Assembly (NCBI GenBank): GCA_965235115.1
Contig: OZ249452.1
Coordinates: 13,640,001-13,704,000, forward strand
Length of the DNA: 64,000 bases
Reading direction: 5' to 3'
DNA from: Laetmonice hystrix
Taxonomy: Eukaryota
The notes below the pieces were generated by a model. It was not told the DNA's origin, made no database searches, and saw only the letters and a program-made list of their open reading frames with translations. Below, piece after piece: positions 1-12,800 of the stretch (position 1 is the first letter of the stretch; each line of letters opens with the position of its first letter). The position numbers were made by a program, and so were the translations under genes.

Positions 1-45
1 CCTACCGTTGTTTTAGTAATAAATATTGTTTCTGTTTGTCGCCAG

Positions 46-3000
46 GGGGAGCCAGGGATGCCAACATTCGGCCGGCCAGGGCCACCAGGGCACGTCGGCC
101 TCCCCGGCCCCCCTGGACCGCAATCTTCATTCACTGGAGGCACCAGGGTCGTGGGAACAAAAGGTGACAAGGTCAGTGACCATGTCATGAGGACTAATGA
201 TCGATATAGATTCCCTAAAGGTAACTTTCAACTTCGTGGACAAAATGCAAGGTAGGGTCTGTGTATTTGCAGGGTCGCTTTTCTTTATGAATCACTTTAA
301 TTCGAATTTAAATAATAATTAGGTACTTTAATCTGTTTCATATCTTTCCATACATTTCAGGGAGTTGGCGGCCCTCGGGGAGTTCCCGGTAATCCGGGTA
401 TCGCCGGTTTCCCTGGAAACCGGGGTCAACAAGGAATTCGAGGTGAAACAGGACCACCGGGCACGGAAGGAGTTCCAGGTCGCATGGTACATCTTCCTCT
501 TGCAATATTGATACTGAATGGATTAAAAACGTTTCAGTTATGAGGTTTGGCAGGCCCTGTATCTGTATGCCTGTACATATGGCTGGAGGTGGGTGTCTTA
601 CATGAGGCCTCATGGGGTTTAATTAGCTTTGAATCCTGTTATGTTAAGGAATAACTGTTGTGAGTGTGTTGGTCCTCACCTGTAGGGACCTGTCGGAGAC
701 CGCGGGGACCGTGGACCAGCGGGTCCACCGGGACCGGTCGTTGTTAGGGGCAATGACGGAAGGTTCCAGATCCAGGTGAGATCACATTGAGCGATTAATC
801 CGGATATGTTGATTAGCTTGCCGACATGGGCCTGTTTTTTAAATCTTCTCATTGGCTGCTTACAGTAAGCCAGGCAATGGAAAGCACTAAGCACTAAGTA
901 GAACATAGTGAAGCGCTGACGTCACCAGGGGTAACGTGACGTCACAACTGTTCCTTGAATAACGTCACCGAGTTCCCACTCTTTGACGTCCCACTGTGTA
1001 GAATGACGTCACTGAGTGATAACGTCTGTTCTCGCCACCAGGGGGATCCTGGAGAATCAGGAGAGCCAGGAGTTCCCGGCAGGCAGTGCGACACGTGTGC
1101 CGGTCAGAAAGGAACGAAGGGAGAACGTGGTGACCGGGGAGTGGATGGTCGGCCTGGACCCCCGGGTGTAAGGGGTGCTGCCGGTATGGTGGGACACATT
1201 GGACCCCCCGGACTGCTGGTTAGTAGAATCTACGGCGGTCACTCACAGAGGGCGTTGTTTAATTGTAAAGATTTGTAAGGATATTTCATTCTTAAAACTA
1301 CCTGAATTAACACCTTTAATTAGCAGTTTTGTATTCAAAATTGAATAATGCCATAGATTCTTTTATTAGTATTCTAGTATAATATTAGTAGTTTTGTCTT
1401 CACTGCCAATAATATTCATTTTAAAAACAAGTTTATTGAAAGATTATACCAAATACATCGAATGTATCCGTATTTTCCTGTTTTCTAAACGATGTAAAAG
1501 TTCAGATAAAGCAGTCTATTTGACATGGTACCGTTATGAGAGTATCCCTAATACTGACTTGGGCTCCCCCCCCCCCCCCCCCCAGGGCCAGACGGGTCTC
1601 CCTGGGCCAGTCGGAGCCGTGGGCCGGGACGGGCTCAGCGTACCGGGACTGAAGGGTGAGCGGGGACTCGTCGGTCAGGTGGGACCTGACGCCTACCTTG
1701 AAGACTTCGCCAACGTCATCCCAGGGTTCAGAGGCGACCAGGTAGGATTACTATTTTCTTCTTTCTCTTTTTCTTCTTTCTCTTTTTTTTTTCTCTGTTT
1801 CTCTGAAGCTGCCTCATTCTCGTTTCAGGGTGACTCCGGCGACCTTGGGCCGCCAGGAATTATGGGACATCCTGGATCACCCGGCCTTCCAGGACAGAGA
1901 GGTTTGATAAATCATTCTGATAAAAGTTCTCACAATAAAAATCTGGTTATATAATCTGGTTCTGTAGCCGTTGTCTTGTACATGATATTTTTATTGATAT
2001 AAACCATTTAGCCGGCTGTTCTTTCTATCAGTAGCATACCAATCTGTCTAATTTATTTTCGAAATGACCTTTTTCAAAAAGATTTTCGTGTGTACTTTTT
2101 TAGGGGACAAAGGGGAGCAAGGATACCCTGGTCGACCGGGAGAGTCGGGTCGACCGGGGGGCACGGGGGCTGTGGGCGCCCCTGGACCCGTGGGCAGGCA
2201 GGGGCCGCCTGGGATGAAGGGCAAAAAGGTAACTATCACAATACTTATCTATTGTGTTGTTTCGTTGTTGTTGTTGTTGTTTATTGCATTCTTTCTATAA
2301 TGGTTTTTATTTCCTTCTAGGGACCGACAGGAGACCCCGGGGAGCAGGGGCCCGTGGGAATCAAAGGTCGTCATGGCAACCCGGGTCTGCCTTCCCAAGT
2401 GTTCTCCTGGGAACGGTCGTATCTGTGGGGACCGTCGGGATCTCAAGGGTTCAAAGGTCGCCAAGGGACCGTGGTGGGTAAACCAGTCAAAGGCTTGGGA
2501 TGATCAACGCACTTAATGACCTCTATGGAGCCTGGATGTCAAAGAAATAGGTCTAAATATGTAGGCATCCTCGTTGGTTGGAGCAACGTCCAAACTATGA
2601 AAACATATCTTAATATGGGGTGTGATCAATCTTTTTGATGTCTTTAGCTATGGCTAAGCTAAAAGTTTTATTTTGTTTTTGTCCGCCAGGGACCGAGGGG
2701 CCGCGACGGCAGATCGATTCCAGGTCGCCCAGGGCCAGCAGGACCCCCTGGCTCTCCTGGCCAGAGTCTCCAGGGGGGCCACGGTTACCCGGGCTCCCCT
2801 GGCAAAGTCACAACGAAAGTCGGACCCGGTGGGGACCCCGGGCCCCCGGGACAGCGGGGAGTGACCGGGCCGCCAGGGGGCAGTGGAGTCTTTGGAGGCG
2901 CTGTAAGTATGACATCATCATTATTGAAGTGACGTAGATCATCTCTGTGATGTCAGTGACACTTTCTGTGCAGGACCAGCAATTGTTGTGGTCAGAGACT

Positions 3001-6000
3001 TTACATGAGGTTTTTTCATGTCTAAAACAAGAAAATGACATAAAAATATCATCATTACGTCAGAACTTGAATGTAGGGTCCTACGCCCATGATTAAATTC
3101 TCTTGACCAGCCAAGCAACGCTGTCTGTGTGTTTAAACTGTAATACCAGGCTGTCTGTGTGTTTAAACTGTAATACCAGGCTGTCTGTGTGTTTAAACTG
3201 TAATACCAGGCTGTCTGTGTGTTAAACTGTAATACCAGGCTGTCTGTGTGTTAAACTGTAATACCAGGCTGTCTGTGTGTTAAACTGTAATACCAGGCTG
3301 TCTGTGTGTTAAACTGTAATACCAGGCTGTCTGTGTGTTAAACTGTAATACCAGGCTGTCTGTGTGTTATACTGTAATACCAGGCTGTCTGTGTGTTAAA
3401 CTGTAATACCAGGCTGTCTGTGTATTAAACTGTAATACCAGGCTGTCTGTGTACTCAATCTAATACTAACTGTTTCAGTCTATCATATTCCATTCGTTGT
3501 CGGAGTTTAAGACAGCGCTATATCTGATTCCGGACGGTAAGCTGGTGTACATCCTCAACACTGAGCTACTCTACATCAAGATGGGGCCCGGCTGGCAGCA
3601 AGTCACGGTCAGTCATCTCTACACAATCTTTACCAACCCTAACTGTCCTAACTTCAATGGTATGAGTTAACCCTGTAACTGCAATGTCAGAACTCCCACC
3701 CACTGCAATATCAGTCAACCCTCACATAGAACATAATGATGTCGGTTTCATATTATTGGACGGCACGTGACTACAGCTGACCAATCATTTGCTATCATTG
3801 CGTGTCACGTGTCTTCTGTTAACCAATGGCTGGTGTTGCTTTCAGCTCGGGGAGCTCGTGCCACTACCAGGACTGGCAGCAATCGACGCCATAACACCAA
3901 CCCTCTCGGTACGTAGACACCCATAAAATGCTTTCACATAGGGGCACGGATGAATTTTACAGCTGAATCTGAATTTTATCCAGTGGCGGATCCAACGGGG
4001 GGCAAAACTGAGAACCACCTTCATATTTCCATGGAAATTAGGCCTCCACCGCTCACCCAGGCCCGGTGCCTCCCCCCGGAACCCAGTGATTATGAGCAGG
4101 AGGCTTCGACCACTGGGCCACTGAAGGTTAATCCGGGAGTCTTTAATTATCTTTGGGAGTCAAGTAACCTGTTGACAAACGTTGTTATTTCCAGTCGACC
4201 ACCTTCTCCCCGCTACCTCCCCGCTGGCCTGGGCTGACGGTGGCGCCACCGGTGGACAGTTTCGTCACCACAGACCGCGCGGTAAGTTATCTCACTGAGC
4301 GCCGCTAGGTGAAGCATGTGACGTCACGGTCCGCGCTGGGCCGCCAGGTGTCACCCCGATTCGTAGGACGCTGAATTATATTTTGTGTATTTCTTCACGG
4401 CTGGAAGTATCATTAAAATCGCAGGACGTTCGGCTCTGGTAGCTATTGGGGAACTTTGTTTGAGGACTGTTAGTTTGGAAACAGTCTCTTTGTGACGTTT
4501 CAGGAGCCTTTGCTCTTGTAGCTGTAGGAAACGTTTCTTTAGTAATAATATTGTTAGGAATCGTCTATCTTGGAGTTGCATGGAAGCATTTTAATGGGAA
4601 CTACATTATTAGGCATATTTTCGTTGAGAAATGTTAGGACGCGCTCCTGTGGGAACTTTTCAAGGACCCATCAAAAATATTTTAATATTATTGATGGGCT
4701 GCCATGTGGATAGGCCTGACTTTACCCTCCGCTCGGCTTCGTGCTGCTTACAGTTCTCAACAACCACGGCTACAACAACCACAGTTCCCACAACAACAAC
4801 CACAGTCCCAACACAGCCTCCTCCAACACGGTACCTTCACAAACTTCTTCCAGTCGGCCCGGTGGTAAGTTACATACACAAACACAACATCAATCAAATA
4901 TTACATAACCATTGAAAAATATCTGAACATTAATTTCAGACCTTGCTTTGTCTGTGTGCCTGAATTAAATCTAGCTATGTGCTTACCCAATCCTGACTTT
5001 CGTATACAGCATGTTTTTAGAAAGGAATAAAATTGATATGGGTTTCCAGTGTACACTATACATGATCACGTTGGCAGGTTTCCTATATTAGAGATTGAAA
5101 TGAAGGTATAGAGACAGGAAGACCGAGCATCTTTCTCTTTATAAAACCGGTTCATGTGAGTCTCTTTGAATAGTTCCCAAAAAGAAACAGGTTTGTACAA
5201 TTTTGATTGTTTAATACGTGTAGGCTACCTGATTATTGCTCATTCGTGTTCATTGTTCCTTGGTCCACACTTTCCATTGGTTGCAGGTTCATTTTGTTCT
5301 ATGTTTACTTACCACGGTTTTCAGGTACTTTCGTTCAGTAATTTACGTCCATTTTTCCAGGCTTTTGTTTATTGGGAGCTTACGTTTTATTTGTTTCCAA
5401 GTCTATTTGTTTGTCTACATCCATTGGTTGCCAGAAACATTTGTTTATTTCCTTACTTCAATTGATTGTCAGGCCCATTTGTAGGCTATACATACGGTGG
5501 TTACCTGGTTCTTTTGTTTACTTGTTTACGGCCTTTTGTTCACAGGTTCATTTGTTTATTTGTTTACGTCCATTGGTTAACAGGTTCGTTTGATCGCGGC
5601 TAACGAGCCTCACTCTGGGAACCTTGGCGGGATAGACGGTGCTGACGTCATCTGTAATCGCGAGGCGCGAGAGTTCGGACTGACGGGCGTCTACCGGGCC
5701 TTCCTGTCCTCTATGAAACGTAACATCGACTCCATTCTTCAGTTCCCCGAGGTTCGACAGTTCCCAGTCGTCAATTTAAAGGTATATGTCAATTATAGGA
5801 GCCTGTCTCGTCTGCTTGTTTGTGAATGTGGGGCAGCCCACGTTAGACATCAAGTTACGGTGTGGGTCGGGCCTCGGGTACTTTTACAACGCCCGTCAAA
5901 TACAGCCCGCCACCTACCGAGAGACGATAGAACGAGAGGCCGTGCGCTGTTCTGGAGCTGAGATATCGCAATTTCGGTCAATGTTAAACTGAATGTACCT

Positions 6001-6877
6001 CGATAGTTTGTAGGCAAATGTTTTCCACATATATCAATGAGTTTCGAAGAAAAGTTGTCAATACCTAGTTTTGTCATGAGGTGGCGCTATATTTGCCATC
6101 GTGAAAGCATAGGAAGGAGCCTGTGTGATTCTTTACCGTCATAAAGCTAAGCTAGGCCATACACGTTTCCGTAAGAACCGAGTCTCCTGTCCGGGTTCCA
6201 TCCTGAGTCCGTTTCGTTTTCCTTCTGACACTCACAGAGTGGTTGTTGCTCCATGCAGCTGTCCAGGTTCCGTTTCGTTTTCTTCCAGACACATCAGTGT
6301 TTATTACAGATGTCTGTTTCCGTTTCGTTTTCCCGCAGAGACAACGGTTATTTGACTCGTGGCTGAGTGTTGTGAACGGGTCGGCTGGTGTCATCGACCA
6401 CAGCGTTCCTCTATACTCCTTCTCCGGGCTCGACGTGCTCACACACCCCACCTGGTGAGTAACTCAAGAACTACGCAACGCCTCCCACACACGCTGAAAA
6501 CGATGGTAGGCCTAATTTTGGCAGACCTTTTCAAAATACTAATTTAAAATTTTTAATTAAATGATGTAGAATACCTCCTTTATGTGCTGATGGATGTTTA
6601 AGGTAAAATTTACGCGAGGTTTAAACATCTGTAATAAGAAACCTCAAATGTTTTCAGGCCTCGGAAGACGATATGGCACGGGTCGGACCGATTTGCACGT
6701 CACGTGTTTGACGTCGACTGCGGTGGTTGGCTGCACAACCACACGTCACTGGTTGGCATGGCAACCCCGACGTACCAACACAAACTGCTCAACCTACGCG
6801 AATTTACATGTGAAAAGAAACTCATTCTGCTCTGCCTGGAACAGCTGGACAGAGTACAGCTGGACAAGCGGGAATGA
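46..6877 (+). CDS. COL18A1: Multiplexin (collagen XV/XVIII family) alpha chain, 3' part; 5' exons lie outside the window
   Basis: 16 GT-AG exons join in frame (720 aa + stop): 46-171, 361-486, 686-775, 1042-1218, 1586-1741, 1829-1901, 2104-2228, 2321-2473, 2690-2902, 3479-3607, 3846-3908, 4195-4281, 4754-4864, 5584-5781, 6339-6454, 6658-6877. Interrupted Gly-X-Y repeats, then a trimerization-domain-like exon ([43 protein letters not shown]), then endostatin ([43 protein letters not shown]...VVNLK...[14 protein letters not shown]...LILLCLE). Invertebrates usually have one multiplexin, so the symbol is family-level (COL15A1/COL18A1/Mp). Confidence 0.95.
917..1011. promoter_or_regulatory. Cluster of three perfect CRE palindromes (TGACGTCA) in a collagen intron
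   Basis: TGACGTCA at 917, 937 and 1004, plus partial copies (AACGTCAC 961, TGACGTCC 984). Motif match only; function not shown. Confidence 0.4.
3119..3452. repeat. 29-30 bp minisatellite (ctgtctgtgtgttaaactgtaataccagg), ~11 copies
   Basis: Direct tandem units in the collagen intron 2903-3478. Confidence 0.95.
5200..5592. repeat. Degenerate ~35-40 bp tandem repeat ending at the first endostatin exon acceptor
   Basis: Recurrent 'tttgtttacgtccattggtt..cag-gttc'; copies at 5284 and 5543 resemble the real acceptor at 5581-5583. Confidence 0.7.
5584..6877 (+). other. Endostatin (NC1 C-terminal) domain, 3 exons
   Basis: Exons 5584-5781, 6339-6454 and 6658-6877 align by eye to endostatin motifs (GAD..C, RAFLSS, P.VNLK, LF.SW, HP.WP.K..WHGSD, terminal LC.E), with four Cys retained. 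Confidence 0.93.
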
Positions 6878-7530
6878 AAGCCTTTCAAACGGCTTCATTA
6901 GGAATATTCTAATTTAAAATATTCGGAGCATCATGGGCGGGGGGCTTAATTAAGTTAATAAAAAAAACTCTAAGAAGGAAATATTTCTACCATCAGACAG
7001 CATATAAACCCCATTATCCCATACCTCACTATTTGAAGTTACAGAAGAAGAATACAGAACATTCTCCAGGGAATTGCCTAAGGTGGTAAGGATGAAATGA
7101 ATACTTTTGATAAGAAACTTTTTATGCATAATTATTATGTTTTAACCGTTTTTCTCACAGTCTAAGCCTAAATTCCCGGGGATATGCATATTTTAAAGTT
7201 ATCTGCACTGATTTTGTTTTGAGTATATCTGTATTTAATATATTAAATGCTACATCCTAGTAGGCCCATTGATTGGCCCAGAGAAAGGCTACATTCAGCC
7301 TAAAACAAGTACTACACATGCTACATTTTATCAACTGACGTTTCAATAATTTGGATACATGTATATTGACGGTTCATTTTCAAAAAATCTCAAGATGCAT
7401 TCACAGAAAAAAAACAGCATTAGTACCGACTGCTAAGTAATATTACGGAATTCAAATAAAGGGGTAACTTATTTAGTCTGAGTCCTAATACTGTAAAACT
7501 GACAGTGTTGACATTAAAGGCTCTTCACTG

Positions 7531-7644
7531 GGCCTGGTTTTTCTACTTAAGCGTAAAATAAAGTTCTACTTAAGCTTTAACTTAAGGCTTCTGGTTGGCC
7601 GGTCTACTTTGAACAGCCAATCAGAAGACTTGAAAAACCGGGCC
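7531..7644. mobile_element. MITE, probably PIF/Harbinger type (GGCC termini, CTG target duplication)
   Basis: Left end ggcctggtttttc, right end gaaaaaccgggcc (13-bp TIR, 1 mismatch), flanked on both sides by ctg. Internal ttaag...ctggttggc/ccaatcaga symmetry. Degenerate relatives at ~41600-41755 and ~44030-44120. Confidence 0.6.
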
Positions 7645-8903
7645 CTGGTCAAATGATTAAAGGCAAGCGCTGGACACCGCAATGCCAATCTACTGCGAAC
7701 ATATCGGACCACAGACGTGTTGGTTCACCTCCAGGAATTTTTGTCGGTAGTATGAAATAAAAATAAAGGATAAAATAATCGTAAAATTGTCTCGGGCCTG
7801 AAATCACTGCAGCCTCCTGTGGCTGAGAAAATGGATGCAGAAAAAGTATTTCAAATTACTTCACTTTCAACATGCATGTATGGAGCACATAACTCCTTAA
7901 CCAAGAACACCAAGAAATTGAAAGTCCTATAACACCATTTCAAATGTCTTTGTAAAAAGCTTTATGCACACACATCACAGTTTACAAGCATTCGGCCAGG
8001 CACTCTGGTTGCCATGGCAACGTCAAACTGTCCATCCGTACTAGAAACTCGTGCTCGAGCCACGCCCCATAAGACTAACTTCCTAACAAATAGAAAACAA
8101 TATATAAACTCACACACACCCGCACGTATTTACAACTAAAACTGGCCTGGTGTGCTAAAAGAAGTCATAAAAACTTTACATCTACACAAGGGGTTGTCGG
8201 TAAATATTGTATACGACTATATGTGGTCGGGAACGAGTTTCTGGTACGCACAGAGAATGTTCCAGACGGCATAATCTGATGACGTCACACAGGCGCGTTC
8301 TATCGACGTCACCTTGACGGCATTTGGAGCAGACGTCTTCAAGTTTCGCAGTATGAGTCTGTGGTGTTTTTATCAGGTAAGGCATTCGATGGTAACAATA
8401 TACGGATGTTGGTTATAGTATTAACAAGAACATCTTTGTTCAGTGTTAAGGCAATGTACGCAGCGTTTTGTTATTATAACATTCTTTCCTGTCAGTTCTG
8501 ACATATAAATAAAAGCGGTCCGTATTCTACAAAACAGCTGCATGTATAGTAATGCACTTGTGGCAGTTAATGCATTCCAATTCCTACCTGTCAAATCTAC
8601 ACTATTGCTTTGTTCAGTCTTGGCTGTATGACGTATTGATATGACGTCATCCTGGTCACGTGGATAACGTCACGCCACGATACCGTTTGTCGGCGGACGT
8701 CATGATATTTATGTTACAATACTGGCGATATATGGCTGCTCATTGGTCAGGACGTTCGTTATAATCGGGCTAAGTCCATTATAATCAGGGTGGGATCGGT
8801 CGTTAATAACGGTACGGTCCATTATGATCCTTGAGGGGGAGGGAGCTCCATTCCAGCCGGTGGCTCCCTTCGTGGATTTCAACAAACAAATTCTGGTACC
8901 GCA

Positions 8904-9412
8904 TTGAGGCACTGGTTGTACACATCCTGTGCTGCAAGGCACTGGTTGTACACAACCTGTACTGCAAGGCACTGGTTGTACACACCCTGTACTGCAAGGC
9001 ACTGGTTGTACACACCCTGTACTGCAAGACACTGGTTGTACACACCCTGTACTGCAAGACACTGGTTGTACACACCCTGTACTGCAAGACACTGGTTGTA
9101 CACACCCTGTACTTCAAGGCGCTGGTTGTACACAACCTGTACTGCAAGGCACTGGTTGTACACACCCTGTACCGCAAGGCACTGGTTGTACACACCCTGT
9201 ACTGCAAGGCGCTGTTTGTACACACTCTGTACTGCAAGGCGCTGGTTGTACACACCCTGTACCGCAAGGCACTGGTTGTACACACCCTGTACCGCAAGAC
9301 ACTGGTTGTACACACCCTGTACCGCAAGGCACTGGTTGTACACACCCTATACTGCAAGGCGCTGGTTGTACACATCCTGTACTTCAAGGCGCTGGTTGTA
9401 CACATCCTGGTT
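8904..9412. repeat. 30-bp minisatellite (gcaaggcactggttgtacacaccctgtact), ~17 copies
   Basis: Near-perfect tandem units; explains the overlapping periodic ORFs in this interval. Confidence 0.97.
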
Positions 9413-9844
9413 GTACATGCTTTATATGAACAAGGAGATGGCTGAAGGCATTACCCTGTGGAAACAGCGGGGGGTCCTTCAAGAACTGATATGGTCCGTG
9501 AAACCTGTCGATATGGCTGGTTAATTCTGAGCAGTGCCTGGCAACGCACTACACCACGGTATTTCCAGTAGTTATTGAGCATATTTTATTGATTTGTCAT
9601 AAAACAGTCATGACGTCATGAAATGTACAGCCAATATCCATCCATGACGTGCGAAAGATACCGACAGAAGTGAGTGATCAGTTGTCGGTCGAAAGGTTCA
9701 CGTAATGCATGGAGTCAGGGAGTTTCTGTGGGACCCTGGCCGTGACCTGCCCTCCCGCAGCGAACACGTCATCTTGCCCGTATAATAGTTCCTCCAATTT
9801 TGTTTTTTGTTTCTAATATGTCGTAACTATGTCGTCCACTTTCT

Positions 9845-12800
9845 TTAACTGTCATAATTGAATATTCCGCCCACTTCGCTGCCCCGCCACCTGGCGGCGT
9901 TAGCCTCGGCCTCGGCTGACCTGTGTTTGATTGGCTGTCCTGTGATTGACAACTGGCCGTAGTTTTTCATGAGGTCTCCCATGGTGCCCTTGTTTCGCTC
10001 GGCGTACTGCTCAGCCACTCCAGTGACCCGCGGATGTTTTCTTGCTGACCCCGGCGCGTCTCCGCTGATCACAGAACCAGCCATGCCGCGGTTACGTTGA
10101 GCGTTCTGCTCAGCTTCCGGTTTCACTCTCCTGGCTTCGTGCTGGCGGGGTGAGGGTAGATACCCCTCCATGCACTCACCCATCACCCCTTTGTTTTTCT
10201 CCACGGCGTCTCGCGCTTCCGGTTTGATCCTCGGCTCGGGCCGGGTCGACTCGTAACCTTGGTTACCGTCCTGGTCCAGGTACTTGCCCATCATCCCGGC
10301 GACGTTCCTCCGAGCGAACTCCTGCGCTTCCGGTTTGATTCGGGTCTCACGCGGGGAATTGTAATTGTTATTCTCTTCGTGTTTCATGACGCGATCTAGC
10401 TGACCTTGTGACCTTTCAATCATATCCCTGGCGGATGAAGACCTGCAGCGGGGTGCGCGAGTCGGCTCAAAGTAGTTCCTATTGGCGTCGTGGTTGAACC
10501 AGTTTGAAGAATCTCCCTTATATTTCTGCGCGTACGACTGACACTCCTCTGAACCCCGTCGTGGTGACGTCATCTCCTCAGCCTGTCCGTTCTCGGCCGT
10601 TTTAAACCACTCGCTCGCGCTTCCTTTGTTACGTTCAACGTATTCCTGCGCGTCTGCTCCAAGTCGTGACGCCGCCCGCGGTCCATCTGTGACGTCACCA
10701 CCGTTCTGATCGTGTGACGCCCAGACAGGCGTGCCAGCAGGGCGTAGTTTGGAGGCGTTCTCCTGTCCAAACACCGTGGTCCTACCCTTCTGTGGCGACC
10801 CGTGGCCGTTTGTCGCGTTGGCAGACTGTTCGTCCTTGTACCAGTCACTGGCGCTGCCTGTGGCTCGGTCTTTGAATGTCTCGGCCTGGTGATCGGCCAG
10901 CCTCGATTTGGGACGGGGAGAGACGAAGTTCTGGTTCTCCTCGTGTTTGTACCACGCCTCGTCTTTACCTGATGAAAAAAACAAAGGTATGTACTGTCAG
11001 AAAAAACTCTGGTGTAAACGCCAAAATATAACCTGTATGATCGCACCTCCCATACATGCAGCTGGCATGTTTAATATATAGCATAAAAAAGAGTTTAACG
11101 TAGGTTTACATATCATGAATATCCTAATACAATCCATGCTTTCTATTTTATATTTATATTGACAGATAATATGAAGCCATATTCCAACCGTAGTAAAATT
11201 GACAGACTTCTTTGAGATTTTTGGGGTTAATTAACAGCTAGACCGACTGGCAATAGTATCCTATAGTTACTGGCAAGAACAAGTTCTCAGCCTCTTAAAA
11301 TGTCTAATTAAGTTCACATATATATTAAGCCATCATCACAAAAATTCGGTATATACACAAGAACTTTATACAACTATACACTAACATTGTGATGCAGTAC
11401 CGCTGAGACATGGGAGGGCAAGGGGGTAACTACCCCAGGGATCGGGTCTACAAGGGGGTTACTACCCCATAGACCCTGGTCTACAAGGGGTTTTTACCCC
11501 ATAGGCCCGGGTCTACAAGGACCCCTTTCTCTATCTGTCAGGAAGGGGACCCGGCAGTAAGTTCTGCCCCTGATTTCTCGGCGGCCCTGCTGTGGTGCAG
11601 AATACTGACATGGTGAAAAGGTTAAGCAACATCTGTACAAGACATTTATCCAAACATTATAATGTCTGACATGATAATACATACAGGTTTGACTAGACAA
11701 ATGTGCAACATATACAAACAGTATACAAGCTGAGGTATAATATAGGTGAGGCTAGCATCATGCGACAAATTCAGCAAGCCATGATTCTAAGCCAATAGGT
11801 CGGTGGCTCTCCGACTAGAGTGTTAGTTTTTCAATGCTTACGAGAAATGAAGGCATACCTTTATATAAATACCAAAAATAAGACTTTTCCGGAATCAAAA
11901 GCGCAGTTCAGAACACCGACTATGATAATGATACGTATTTACAAGCATAAATGGGAGTCAAATAATCGGTGTTCGACCCTGCTGGCGAAAATATTTACAT
12001 ATATTTCCAGAAAGGATCACCCAAGTGAATTTAACATATTGTTAATGTTCGCCAAATGCTGGGATTACAGATTGCGAAACCAGAGTGTATAATTGTGAAA
12101 GGTAAGTTCTTCATTTTGGTATTTAGATTGAGTAAAACACAACGTGCTGAATGACCTATACATTAGCAGAAGTTGTACTTTATCCATTGTCCCAAGCGCA
12201 GGCCTAATCGAAGGTCGGGACTTAATTGTGAGCGTTAATAGAAATTACTTTGAGCATGACACGCTCAAAGCTGCCCTTGTAATTTACGAGTTAAACCCCC
12301 CCCCCCCCCCTCCGGGAAAACCTAGGCCTGCACTTGAGCACGTGAATATCCTATAAAGTTAGGCACTACTACTCTTAACATGGACGTGAAACTTGACGGA
12401 CGGACAGAGAGGCGTGCGCACGCAGCCGACAGACCCTGGCCACGCATGCGCATCTTTACCTTTGATCTTCTCAAAATTTCTCTTCGCTTCCGCCGTTCTA
12501 CACCTGGTGGCGCCACCGGAGGGCGACCGGGGAGGCCCGTTGCCATTGACAACGCCTCCGTTCGGTTGAGGCGCGAACCATTGGTCGGACTCGCCCTTAT
12601 TTTTGACGGCCACTGCCTTGGCGGTTTTGCTGCCTGTAAGCGGGTAGGTTTGACAGAAGGGTCCAAGCAGTTAATAAGGGGTTAAAACAATTCAGAACAA
12701 AAATTCTACTCCTATTCTACTTCTACAGACAGTTGGGGTAAAGCTAGGGTAATCAGTGCTCCGTTCCGATAGACAACTGGTCAGCCTAATTTGGAATTTT

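Noticed and set aside
3980-4123. cagtggcggatcc...gccactg segment as a hAT-like MITE (related starts at ~16197, ~34968, ~59825)
   Set aside because: Only a 7-bp TIR match and no target-site duplication; probably an old dispersed repeat, but I cannot define it.
8709-9524. Six overlapping 72-206 aa periodic ORFs (Cys/His-rich, e.g. ARHWLYTPCT, LQGTGCTHPV)
   Set aside because: All derive from a 30-bp minisatellite open in most frames; no splice sites, codon bias or unique domain.
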